Positions 45,819 to 54,206 of a stretch of 64,000 nt of DNA are shown here, piece by piece. The stretch is taken from the sequence record MN850621.1, one strand, 5' to 3'. Made by a program: the position numbers and the translations under genes. The stretch is from Escherichia phage dhabil. A model generated the notes under the pieces. That model was given only the letters and a program-made list of their open reading frames with translations. It did no database searches and had not been told where the DNA came from. Position 1 is the first letter of the stretch, and every line of letters begins with the position of its first letter.

Positions 45819-46322
45819 TTATCTCATTTCAATAAAATCTACGAGTTCAGCATGGGATTTGCGGAACATTACTTGGCGGTCACCAATGACTACCTCATCT
45901 TCAGGTATTTCGTAAACAGCAAGATAGAATCCTTTAGAAGATAATTCTTCGCGCTCTTCACGAGTGAACCAGCGCATCATATCATACTCGCTGGCAAAAG
46001 CAAAATGGTAGAGGTTAACAAACCAACCCGGAATATAATCGTCACAGTCTTCATAATCAGGTCGTTTCCACTTAGTTCTAATGGCTTTATTAGAATTTTC
46101 TACCAACAACTTATCTTGACTTGGTAGTGGGATATTTTTATTAATGCTATGATGATGTCTAAAAATAGGTCTGTCCAAACCTACTTCCAATAACCAGCCT
46201 TCACTCCATGAGTCTGTTGTACTTCTATACGGGGTCATTTGAGTACAGAGGTCTCGTCGTATTGTGATAGCGTTTCCATCATCTAAGATACTGAACGATG
46301 ACTCAACTCGATAAATTTTCAT
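45819..46322 (-). CDS. Hypothetical protein (167 aa)
   Basis: First ORF after cassette 46350..46378. Confidence 0.5.
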   Translation of the reverse strand: MKIYRVESSFSILDDGNAITIRRDLCTQMTPYRSTTDSWSEGWLLEVGLDRPIFRHHHSINKNIPLPSQDKLLVENSNKAIRTKWKRPDYEDCDDYIPGWFVNLYHFAFASEYDMMRWFTREEREELSSKGFYLAVYEIPEDEVVIGDRQVMFRKSHAELVDFIEMR

Positions 46323-46349
46323 TTTGTTCTCCTCATGTTGATAGGGTAG

Positions 46350-46378
46350 ATAATATCATGTCATGAGGAGAAGTAAAC
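46350..46378 (-). promoter_or_regulatory. Early-promoter cassette
   Basis: Minus strand GTTTAC - 17 nt - TATTAT - CTACCCTATCAACATGAGGAGAA - ATG; 11-bp inverted repeat 46327-46337 / 46362-46372. Confidence 0.55.
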
Positions 46379-46382
46379 ACTT

Positions 46383-47057
46383 TTATCGATTTTTTACACT
46401 TAATGGGTCTGGATTCTCAGGAACATCTTCTAGGTTTAAAGCATATCGTTGGGCATATTTCAGCATCAAGATATCCTTAGCACAGTCATGGATAGAGTCA
46501 TGAGCAACAAAACCATTCAATGTTCCGTTAGGCAGAGGGCACATGCTCAATCCTCGCGTCAGTGAATACGCTTCAATAGCTGTACGGATATCACGTTGGT
46601 TCCAGAATTTAACCGGTTCCAACTTGGTGGTATCGATTTCGTTCTCAGGAACACCTTCAGAACGATAAGCATCGCGAATAAGGTCCACTAAGATTGGAAA
46701 GTCAAAGGACATTCCGCGACACCACATCTGGGATTTCCATTGGTCCACTTCGTTTTTACGACAGTATTCCAGGAAATTACCAAGGCCGATAGAAGTAGTC
46801 ACATCAATTTCGGACGGAGCCAGGTTTTTACGTGCTTCAGGTCCTTGTTCTTTCCACCACTGCAATGTGCTTTTAGAGAACAGACGTTTATCACGTTGAG
46901 AAGCCAAATCGAATTTAATACGAAGGCCGCGTTGAGTAAGCTCTTCAAAAGATTCTACTACCTCTGGATTAGGGTCATAAGCAATTACGGCGAGGTCAAT
47001 AACTGCTGCATTTTGGGTAGTGGCAAAGGTTTCAAAGTCAATAATTATATCTTTCAT
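46383..47057 (-). CDS. dexA: Exonuclease A (DEDD 3'-5' exonuclease)
   Basis: 224 aa; N-terminal IIDFETF motif; position next to dda as in T4. Confidence 0.8.
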   Translation of the reverse strand: MKDIIIDFETFATTQNAAVIDLAVIAYDPNPEVVESFEELTQRGLRIKFDLASQRDKRLFSKSTLQWWKEQGPEARKNLAPSEIDVTTSIGLGNFLEYCRKNEVDQWKSQMWCRGMSFDFPILVDLIRDAYRSEGVPENEIDTTKLEPVKFWNQRDIRTAIEAYSLTRGLSMCPLPNGTLNGFVAHDSIHDCAKDILMLKYAQRYALNLEDVPENPDPLSVKNR

Positions 47058-47344
47058 TTAACGTACCTCATAAGGTCTCGGATTTGGCCAACAGTATAGT
47101 CTTCAATATAAACCGAAGAGATATTGTCATCCATCAGTTTTTGCACTGCAATAAAATCGCTTTCAATCTCTTTAAGTGAATGCAAGACCTTATGAGCCTT
47201 GCCACGGATATTTGTATCGTCTGGGTCGACCTTAATAATATATTCCGTCTCGAATTTCAACTTATAAAATTGGTCTTTAGTTACTTTAATCATATTTTCC
47301 TCAAACATAATAGGCATCAGTACGAGCACGGGTAATACTAACAT
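47054..47344 (-). CDS. Hypothetical protein (96 aa)
   Basis: ORF between dexA and dda. Confidence 0.45.
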   Translation of the reverse strand: MLVLPVLVLMPIMFEENMIKVTKDQFYKLKFETEYIIKVDPDDTNIRGKAHKVLHSLKEIESDFIAVQKLMDDNISSVYIEDYTVGQIRDLMRYVK

Positions 47345-48632
47345 AAGCCAGCTGTGAAGCTAAATTCGCATCAGCCATGTGCATACACGGAGTATAGATG
47401 AAACTGTTTTGGACAGTAAGGCCCTGTGATTTATGAACAGTGCTCACCGGAAGAGCTCTAACCTTAGTGAACATTCGCTTGGCTTTCCAGAAATCAGCCC
47501 ACTTAGGTTTCTTACCGGTTCCACGCATAGCCTTGTACTCAGTAGCCACCTTAGCCAAGAAATAATGGAACTTCTCAACTGAAGCCTCATCAATAACTTT
47601 CAAGTGTTCTACATAGTACTCGTCATCCTCATCAATAGATTCAACCTGGAGGTCCCAGTAATTAATCATCTGGCGAGTGCCTACATCCTTGGCAGACAAG
47701 AACAATGAGGTATGGTTCACATCTAAAATACGAACCATTTGCCCGTTATTAAAAATGGTTTCAGAGAATTTCTTACCGTCGTATTCAAGCTCCTTCATAA
47801 AAGGCTCTTGCATCACGAGGATTTCACCCTTGATATAAGGCGCATCGGTTTCATAAAGCTTTTTACGAATAATGCTATTCAGCTTTTCAACCGATTTATT
47901 CGTATAAGCAAACATCCGGTTCTCAAACAAGGCATCGGCATCTTTTACGATGGAAAAATAATTCATCATAAAATCTTTTAAGGCTGTTTGAGATTTGAAA
48001 CCATGGACACCATGGCCTTCGAATATACAATCTCGGAACCATCCACCATTACGGATTTCAGTAGCAACCTCAATGATAGGAGCATTACTACGCATTACTT
48101 CAGTAAGGTGTAGCTGTTTAATTTTAGGGTGGGTAAAGAATGGAGACAACTGAGGACTACCATCACTTCCAGGTTCTACTGGCTGTAACTGAGCTCGGTC
48201 GCCAATCCCTAGTACAGTGCACCATGGTGGAACCGATGCTTCGATAATCTTAAACAACTTACCGTCAATCATTGAGCCTTCGTCGACCACAAGAACATTA
48301 CATTTGCTCAAGTCAGGAGCTTCACGCTGTTCAAAAATATCCTGGTCTTCGTATGTAGTCGGGTTAATCTTTAAGATTCGGTGGATTGTCGATGCTTCTT
48401 GGCCTGCGAGTTTCGACAATACCTTCTTGGCCGCGTGTGTGGGTGCGGTCAAAATAACTCCGAGTTCGCCATTCTTGACTAAGTGGTCAAGAATAAATTT
48501 AGTAAGGGTCGTTTTACCTGTACCGGCAGGACCATTCAATGTAATCCATTCGCCCTTACGTCGTTTAATAGCTTCAATGATTTCTTTAAAGGCCGTCCTC
48601 TGGCCGATGTTCAAGTCTTCAAATGTAATCAT
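47301..48632 (-). CDS. dda: Dda DNA helicase (SF1B)
   Basis: 443 aa; Walker A GPAGTGKTT; long colinear similarity to T4 Dda (AKKVLSKLAGQEASTIHRILKINP, CTVLGIGD, SPFFTHP). Confidence 0.9.
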   Translation of the reverse strand: MITFEDLNIGQRTAFKEIIEAIKRRKGEWITLNGPAGTGKTTLTKFILDHLVKNGELGVILTAPTHAAKKVLSKLAGQEASTIHRILKINPTTYEDQDIFEQREAPDLSKCNVLVVDEGSMIDGKLFKIIEASVPPWCTVLGIGDRAQLQPVEPGSDGSPQLSPFFTHPKIKQLHLTEVMRSNAPIIEVATEIRNGGWFRDCIFEGHGVHGFKSQTALKDFMMNYFSIVKDADALFENRMFAYTNKSVEKLNSIIRKKLYETDAPYIKGEILVMQEPFMKELEYDGKKFSETIFNNGQMVRILDVNHTSLFLSAKDVGTRQMINYWDLQVESIDEDDEYYVEHLKVIDEASVEKFHYFLAKVATEYKAMRGTGKKPKWADFWKAKRMFTKVRALPVSTVHKSQGLTVQNSFIYTPCMHMADANLASQLAYVSITRARTDAYYV

Positions 48633-48928
48633 GCCAATTTTACTCGCTTAACATATAAAGTGTCTAAAACTAATTTCAATTCTCGTGCATGTTCTTCAGT
48701 CGGAAAAACAGTTTTTGTTTCCCACTTATCAAACCACCATTTTCTAGGTGTGCATACTGTTTCAATACGTCCCATGCGTAAATATCGGTTTGTAGTATAT
48801 GAATAGTTGGCAAGTTCATATTCTGCGCCCGCTTTTGTGGTGTATAAGGTCACCTTTCCGTCATATTCTAGCGGATGTTCGTACCCATCTTTGTCTTTGT
48901 GAACTAATACGTATGCATAGTACATCAC
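48629..48928 (-). CDS. Hypothetical protein (99 aa)
   Basis: ORF with 4-nt overlap to dda. Confidence 0.45.
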   Translation of the reverse strand: MMYYAYVLVHKDKDGYEHPLEYDGKVTLYTTKAGAEYELANYSYTTNRYLRMGRIETVCTPRKWWFDKWETKTVFPTEEHARELKLVLDTLYVKRVKLA

Positions 48929-48929
48929 G

Positions 48930-49679
48930 TTAACCTCTAATCAGTGAAAAAATTGAAGCATTCAATGGAAGACCTTTTTTCAACTTCAATTTGTCAATAA
49001 AAGAAAGGTGTTCTAAACGCTCCAGACCTTGAATAATTTTATCATACATATCGTAACGCGTTTCTGCTTCAGACAATTTAAACTTGACACGCCAATCAGG
49101 CCCACCAATTAAAGATTTAAGACCTTTTTCCATAGTACCGATTGAAGCGTTAGAACCGTGGATACGGGCCTTAACTGCGATAACAGAAGGAGTCTTATCA
49201 GTAGCTCCTGATTTAATAAGGTCTTTAAGACGTTTTTCACGTTTTTTAAGACCTCTTTGGGTATCTTTTATATTTTTAACGATTTTACGGATTTTATAAT
49301 AGTTATCAGGAGTAACTTTAAAACTATTAGGCATTTTAGAACTACCTGAAATACGAACTGCTAAACGAGTCTGAGCACGTTTCAGTTCATCAAGGGACAA
49401 ATCGGCACGTAAGCTGTTATACTTAACTTTAACTGGGATTACATTACCCTCAATATAGCCGATATCGTTGTTAAAACGTTCAAATGAAATCTTGTCATTA
49501 ACTGAATTTTCATCAAAGTACTCGCCCGAATAAGCGCACACTTTTTGTTCGAGAAGTCTACGAACATACTTACTAGACAGATTGAAGTCCTTACCGCGTT
49601 TACAAGCAGAAGCTTTGGTGTGTTTGCGGCGGTTGTAAACCTTTAACTCAAATTCATCGTTAGTTTTAATAGTAGGCAT
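48930..49679 (-). CDS. Hypothetical basic protein (249 aa), in the position of T4 srd
   Basis: ORF after cassette 49720..49748; Srd identity is positional only. Confidence 0.5.
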   Translation of the reverse strand: MPTIKTNDEFELKVYNRRKHTKASACKRGKDFNLSSKYVRRLLEQKVCAYSGEYFDENSVNDKISFERFNNDIGYIEGNVIPVKVKYNSLRADLSLDELKRAQTRLAVRISGSSKMPNSFKVTPDNYYKIRKIVKNIKDTQRGLKKREKRLKDLIKSGATDKTPSVIAVKARIHGSNASIGTMEKGLKSLIGGPDWRVKFKLSEAETRYDMYDKIIQGLERLEHLSFIDKLKLKKGLPLNASIFSLIRG

Positions 49680-49719
49680 GATATTTTTCTCATCTTACGG
49701 ACGATTAGTTGATAGGTCT

Positions 49720-49748
49720 ATAGTATCATGTTGCTTAATAAAGTAAAC
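49720..49748 (-). promoter_or_regulatory. Early-promoter cassette
   Basis: Minus strand GTTTAC - 17 nt - TACTAT - AGACCTATCAACTAATCG. Confidence 0.5.
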
Positions 49749-49817
49749 ACTTTTTTGCTTTAAATTTTCGACGGTATAATGAATCAAGGACTTTGCCTTT
49801 CAATTAAACCGGGTGGT

Positions 49818-50432
49818 TCAGTAAGAAAGAACGGAAAGATTCCATAATGTATAATCTTGCCATCCACAAACTCTCTCAATAGAGTCTACGCGTAGCGTAG
49901 TTCCCGCAGGGAACATCATCTCATCTTCATCGTTTACTAATTGCAAGTTTGAAGTACGAGTTATTTCTGGATATGGCCCGTTGAACTCTTCGGGAGGAGC
50001 GCCACAAATCATTTTAAAGATTGCTTCCTGGTAATCAAATGCAAAAGGTGCATCATTAATACAGAAAATATTTTTGGTTCCGTAAAAATTATATGAAGCA
50101 AAGTTACGGGCCACCTTAAAATCTTTAGAGAAGCTCATTACTCTGTCAAATTCAATTGTGGCACCAACACATCCTACCGATTCGAGGTATTTCAAAGTTT
50201 TCTTAGAAATTCCACGGTACAGTTTGTCAGGCACTACAGAAGTTAGATTCTTACGAATGATTTTGTTCAAAGTTTCTTGGATAGAATCAGGTTTATTTTC
50301 CATGCACTGCCAGAGGACACTCTGTTCTAAATCAGAGTACTGCCCGTCTATTTCACCCTGAATGTTTTCACGGAAATCATCACATTTAACATTGTCATAG
50401 AACTCTGATAATTTATGATTTGGATATAACAT
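49818..50432 (-). CDS. modA: ADP-ribosyltransferase, ModA-like
   Basis: 204 aa; R (LYRG), SFS and EDE blocks in the order of the R-S-EXE ART signature; paralog of next ORF; symbol assigned by order. Confidence 0.6.
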   Translation of the reverse strand: MLYPNHKLSEFYDNVKCDDFRENIQGEIDGQYSDLEQSVLWQCMENKPDSIQETLNKIIRKNLTSVVPDKLYRGISKKTLKYLESVGCVGATIEFDRVMSFSKDFKVARNFASYNFYGTKNIFCINDAPFAFDYQEAIFKMICGAPPEEFNGPYPEITRTSNLQLVNDEDEMMFPAGTTLRVDSIERVCGWQDYTLWNLSVLSY

Positions 50433-50457
50433 ATTATTCTCCTCAGTTGATAGAAAG

Positions 50458-50487
50458 ATAGTACCACAAGCATCCTTGCCTGTAAAC
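50458..50487 (-). promoter_or_regulatory. Early-promoter cassette
   Basis: Minus strand GTTTAC - 18 nt - TACTAT - CTTTCTATCAACTGAGGAGAATAAT - ATG. Confidence 0.5.
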
Positions 50488-51056
50488 TAAAAATCTAACA
50501 TTTTTAAATGAATTATTTTGTACTCGATTTCGTATGGGTCTCTTTTGATAGTTTCGATTTCCACAATCTCGAACCGTGATAGACTAGAGACCATGAACTC
50601 ACATTCAGTTTCGACCATATCATAGAGGTCTATCCGGGTTTCATCTATTTCAAGTTCGTCCACATTCCCTGCAAGAACAAGGTCGATAGCATGATTGTAG
50701 TAGTCGAAAATGAACGGTGCATTCCTGAGACTTAAGATGGTTTTAGTTCCATATTCCCACGCCCCTGCGAACTGACGAGCCTGAGAGTATTGTGTACTAA
50801 AAGAAGTAACACGGCCGGGAGACCACTGGCATCCGACAGAAAGAACTTCAAGTTGCTCAAGTTCTCTTGGAGTAATCCCACGATAAAGCTCTACCGGAAC
50901 GACCGAAGTAACATGCTTACGAACTAGTTTGTCTAGGTCATAATGGAAGTTAGGGTCTTTTTTGGCATCCAGACATTTCTCTAACAACGCTTGTTCAGAT
51001 TTTGAAAATTTAGAATTGATTCGGTCTTGATAAAGACATTTTTGTTCGATGTTCAT
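50487..51056 (-). CDS. modB: ADP-ribosyltransferase, ModB-like
   Basis: 189 aa; LYRG, SFS and ECE blocks (R-S-EXE); paralog of 49818..50432. Confidence 0.6.
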   Translation of the reverse strand: MNIEQKCLYQDRINSKFSKSEQALLEKCLDAKKDPNFHYDLDKLVRKHVTSVVPVELYRGITPRELEQLEVLSVGCQWSPGRVTSFSTQYSQARQFAGAWEYGTKTILSLRNAPFIFDYYNHAIDLVLAGNVDELEIDETRIDLYDMVETECEFMVSSLSRFEIVEIETIKRDPYEIEYKIIHLKMLDF

Positions 51057-51080
51057 ATGACCTCCAGTGATTTAGAGGTC

Positions 51081-51109
51081 ATTATAACATGAAGGGAGGA
51101 GGTGTAAAC
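51081..51109 (-). promoter_or_regulatory. Early promoter (canonical GTTTAC-N17-TATAAT)
   Basis: Minus strand GTTTAC - 17 nt - TATAAT; leader contains 7-bp inverted repeat 51058-51064 / 51075-51081 covering the Shine-Dalgarno. Confidence 0.55.
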
Positions 51110-51363
51110 TACTTAAACACACCAAGTGGGACGCCAAACACTGCAATGTCAGCAGCTTGGCCTGTTAAGGATTGGGTATATGAAGTATAAGAGCTTTTTG
51201 GTTGATAAGAGCTTTTTATTTCCGGCGCCTTGGTCATAATCTTAGGAGCTTTTGCCTGAATATTTTTTTGCTCGATTTCCTTACGAGCTTGTTTACGGTC
51301 TATATCTAATGCCGATGTAGGTATATTTGTTAGCCAATTCATTATTTTACCCAAGGTGCCCAT
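51109..51363 (-). CDS. Hypothetical protein (84 aa)
   Basis: ORF in operon orientation. Confidence 0.45.
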   Translation of the reverse strand: MGTLGKIMNWLTNIPTSALDIDRKQARKEIEQKNIQAKAPKIMTKAPEIKSSYQPKSSYTSYTQSLTGQAADIAVFGVPLGVFK

Positions 51364-51530
51364 GGTGGAGGGTCTTGATAGTAAGAAGCTAGGTCGGCCA
51401 GGGCATCTTTAGGCAACTTAAAGCCGTGCTTCTGTATAATCATATCAAGTTCATTGACAAGGTCAATAGGCGGCTCCTGAGTTGTTTCAGGCTCAGGGTC
51501 CGGAATGACGAACATATCAAATAAGTCCAT
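51342..51530 (-). CDS. Hypothetical protein (62 aa)
   Basis: ORF in operon orientation. Confidence 0.4.
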   Translation of the reverse strand: MDLFDMFVIPDPEPETTQEPPIDLVNELDMIIQKHGFKLPKDALADLASYYQDPPPWAPWVK

Positions 51531-52021
51531 TAGTAACCACCGATAGGACCATAACCATACATACGAGCTCGTAACTTAGCATCACGAATAGCTTCTTCAG
51601 TCATAGTAAAACGTAAGCCAATATCAAAGTGTTTCCAAATCTGTCGTTCGACTTCAGTAAGGTCTTCGGTGGTGGAAATCAAATATGTACGACCTTTAAG
51701 ACGTTCGTTGGACATTCTATCAGTATCTTTATAGAAAATATCCATTGTTCCTTCGGCATATGGGTCCGCCGGATAACGATAACCCTTGATATGTAATGCT
51801 TCAGCCAGGCTAAAAGGACACCCCTCAGCAACATCAACATTTTTATTATGATATGCCTTCATTAGAATATTTTCTGGCAGCTTAATATCTTTTAATCGTG
51901 TTTCTAATTGGGTGATAGAATTCATGCCGTTGTCAACAAGGATAAGGGCAGCCGTGGCATCATAAGGCAGCGTTTGACCGGATGAATCACGCACATGGAA
52001 TTCTAGTTCATAAACTTTCAT
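51530..52021 (-). CDS. Hypothetical protein (163 aa), in the position of T4 mrh
   Basis: ORF in operon orientation; identity not verifiable. Confidence 0.45.
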   Translation of the reverse strand: MKVYELEFHVRDSSGQTLPYDATAALILVDNGMNSITQLETRLKDIKLPENILMKAYHNKNVDVAEGCPFSLAEALHIKGYRYPADPYAEGTMDIFYKDTDRMSNERLKGRTYLISTTEDLTEVERQIWKHFDIGLRFTMTEEAIRDAKLRARMYGYGPIGGY

Positions 52022-52171
52022 TATGTTTTCCTCTTTTTAGTTTACCTACTAAAGGGCCATCCGGAATTTTATTTTCCTGGATGTATTTCTCGTTTTCTTC
52101 CATCATTTTACTACCAATTTTAAGAAGCAAATCCATTGCCTCTTTAGTACGTGCTTCAGCTTCTTCAATAG

Positions 52172-52372
52172 TCATGATTTATCCCCATAGATATCACGCA
52201 TAATCCTAAGGGCCTCGCGTTCTAATTTCTTTTCGCGTTCTTCACGGATACCTTTAAGAATCCATTCCTCAGATTCATGTTTCATTTCTGCGTTAGCTTG
52301 GTCTAACCAACCGTCATCAAGATAATCACCAGGACGGTCTAGCCAATCTTTAAGCCATGATAAAGGTTTCAT
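52172..52372 (-). CDS. Hypothetical protein (66 aa)
   Basis: ORF in operon orientation. Confidence 0.4.
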   Translation of the reverse strand: MKPLSWLKDWLDRPGDYLDDGWLDQANAEMKHESEEWILKGIREEREKKLEREALRIMRDIYGDKS

Positions 52373-52689
52373 TAATCACACGAGCTTGACGAAGAGTCAC
52401 AGCTTCCTGAGTCAGAATAAGACGAATCGCCGGTCCAAGAACTAACGGCAGCCGCAACCATAATAGGAGTGGTATCAATATGGTTTGTACGACGAGTTTC
52501 TAGGTGTTCTTTTAACTTTTTAGAATTCAGTGGTAACGCACCAACACCAACATTACCTGCTTTTTCAGGCTGACGGATAACTTCTTCCATCATACCATCA
52601 CCCATGTAAACGTATTCCTTTGGGCCCGAGATAGGAACCATCCCTTCACCAGGTTTGGTCTTGAAAAAATTCTTAAGCCAACGAATCAT
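52372..52689 (-). CDS. Hypothetical protein (105 aa) with Ser/Asp/Cys-rich C-terminal tail
   Basis: ORF; C-terminal DSSYSDSGSCDSSSSSCD low-complexity tail. Confidence 0.45.
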   Translation of the reverse strand: MIRWLKNFFKTKPGEGMVPISGPKEYVYMGDGMMEEVIRQPEKAGNVGVGALPLNSKKLKEHLETRRTNHIDTTPIMVAAAVSSWTGDSSYSDSGSCDSSSSSCD

Positions 52690-52895
52690 AGGAAACCTCG
52701 TTTAAATTCAACTTTATCAATATCATCAGTCTCGTGACGGATTTCGGCATTAAATTCGACAGAACCGTCTTCATGCATCATAAATGAATGGACAATAACT
52801 TCGGTATACCAAGGAGTATAGAAGTACTTTTTCAATACGTGATTAGCGATAATTTCATCCAAAGTTTTATTTGGTTTAATCCAACGATTTAACAT
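52686..52895 (-). CDS. Hypothetical protein (69 aa)
   Basis: ORF in operon orientation. Confidence 0.4.
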   Translation of the reverse strand: MLNRWIKPNKTLDEIIANHVLKKYFYTPWYTEVIVHSFMMHEDGSVEFNAEIRHETDDIDKVEFKRGFL

Positions 52896-52962
52896 AGTGT
52901 TCTCCTCTATAAGATAGGTCTATCTTAACTCGGTCCAATAAGAAAGTAAACCATTAAAAACG

Positions 52963-52984
52963 AAAAAAGGAACCCGAAGGTTCC
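52963..52984 (-). terminator. Intrinsic terminator after soc
   Basis: GGAACC-CGAA-GGTTCC, followed in the minus-strand RNA by UUUUUU. Confidence 0.6.
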
Positions 52985-52990
52985 TTATAA

Positions 52991-53224
52991 TTAAACAATA
53001 TCAGTTGGCGTAAACATCGCCGCGTTCTTAGTTCGCCAATCAGCAGCATCAGTAACTACGGTTGAGTAGGCCGCAACTGCAGAAGGGAAAGTCTGATAAT
53101 GAGAATTAGCGATACGATGCTCATTAGAATAGATTTCAAACGGAACCGAAACCTCAGTACCTTTAACTTCTTTACCTTCACCAGCTGGATGCGTAAAGGT
53201 TTTTATATTAACGAAACCACCCAT
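52991..53224 (-). CDS. soc: Small outer capsid protein Soc
   Basis: 77 aa; blocks VNIKTF, GKE.S..F..YS..H.I...HYQTFPS..AAYSTV match T4 Soc. Confidence 0.8.
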   Translation of the reverse strand: MGGFVNIKTFTHPAGEGKEVKGTEVSVPFEIYSNEHRIANSHYQTFPSAVAAYSTVVTDAADWRTKNAAMFTPTDIV

Positions 53225-53261
53225 AATTAACTCCTTTGTTGTTTAATTACAGGCGTATTTA

Positions 53262-53393
53262 TTACTTTGAATTCGCCAAAGCTTCAATGATTTCTCTGTC
53301 TATTTCTTTAGTTATTTCGTTACGTAATAAAATAGCGGCCGAAGCCCTTTTCTTATTCAACTTTTTGAGTTGACGTTTATTTAAACGAGGCAT
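53262..53393 (-). CDS. Small basic protein (43 aa), not in ORF track
   Basis: MPRLNKRQLKKLNKKRASAAILLRNEITKEIDREIIEALANSK; ATG overlaps the gene 56 stop (TAATG); low confidence. Confidence 0.3.
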   Translation of the reverse strand: MPRLNKRQLKKLNKKRASAAILLRNEITKEIDREIIEALANSK

Positions 53394-53914
53394 TAATAAC
53401 CTCGGTCTTGACGAGCAAAGTTCTCGGCATTTTTCAGATAATACAGTTTAAAGATTTCTTCAGCGGTCAGTCCAAGACCCTGGAACATATTAAGAACAAA
53501 GTGCAGAATATCAATCATCTCGAATTTGATTTCGAGCTGGTCTTCAGGAGACAACTCGTCAATACGACGATTACGGAATTCAGCATGTTGGGCTTTCCAA
53601 GGCTTCCACACACTAGAGGCAGCTTTTTCGCCATTACTCATACCGCCAAGAGAAGTCAGCAGTTCACGGAATTCATCATCAATATAATCTTTCTGGTTGC
53701 GAAGCCAATCAACAACTTGACCTGCTGTAGCTAGTTCATCAGGATTGGTGTTGAATTCCGATTTTTCAGTGGCCAGACGAACCTGTAATGATTTCTGCAT
53801 ATCAAGCATAACTTGCAGAGGGTCTTTATCTTCGTGAATCAGAGCATTAAAATAAGCTTCTTCAGCTTTATCAGCACCAGCAATAAGTTGAGAACATTCA
53901 TTAAAATGAGCCAT
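53393..53914 (-). CDS. 56: dCTP pyrophosphatase gp56 (dCTPase/dUTPase, MazG-like)
   Basis: 173 aa helical ORF between soc and primase, as T4 gene 56; assignment by position and size, moderate. Confidence 0.7.
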   Translation of the reverse strand: MAHFNECSQLIAGADKAEEAYFNALIHEDKDPLQVMLDMQKSLQVRLATEKSEFNTNPDELATAGQVVDWLRNQKDYIDDEFRELLTSLGGMSNGEKAASSVWKPWKAQHAEFRNRRIDELSPEDQLEIKFEMIDILHFVLNMFQGLGLTAEEIFKLYYLKNAENFARQDRGY

Positions 53915-54005
53915 TATATTTTTCCTTTTTCAATTCATTAATAAGTTAGATAATTATAAACTGTTAGACTAAAGCGAATAAATATTAATTTAACAGGAGG
54001 ATAAC

Positions 54006-54206
54006 ATGGGCAGTATTTTTTACCAAATCTGGAAATTGGCAGAAAAGAAAGACAAGAAAATGATGTTAGGTTTTCTTGCGCTAGACGTATTCCTTTGGAA
54101 TCTTCTAGTAGTCCCTGTAGCCGCTAGCCAAGGGGTAATTTTACCAGCGGTTACAATGGAACACGTGTTAAGCATAATTGGATTCTTTAGCGGAGTTCCT
54201 GTCTAA
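54006..54206 (+). CDS. Small membrane protein (66 aa), antisense to its neighbours
   Basis: Consensus AGGAGG 6 nt upstream of ATG; two hydrophobic segments; only plus-strand ORF with a strong ribosome-binding site in this minus-strand region. Confidence 0.45.
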   Translation: MGSIFYQIWKLAEKKDKKMMLGFLALDVFLWNLLVVPVAASQGVILPAVTMEHVLSIIGFFSGVPV

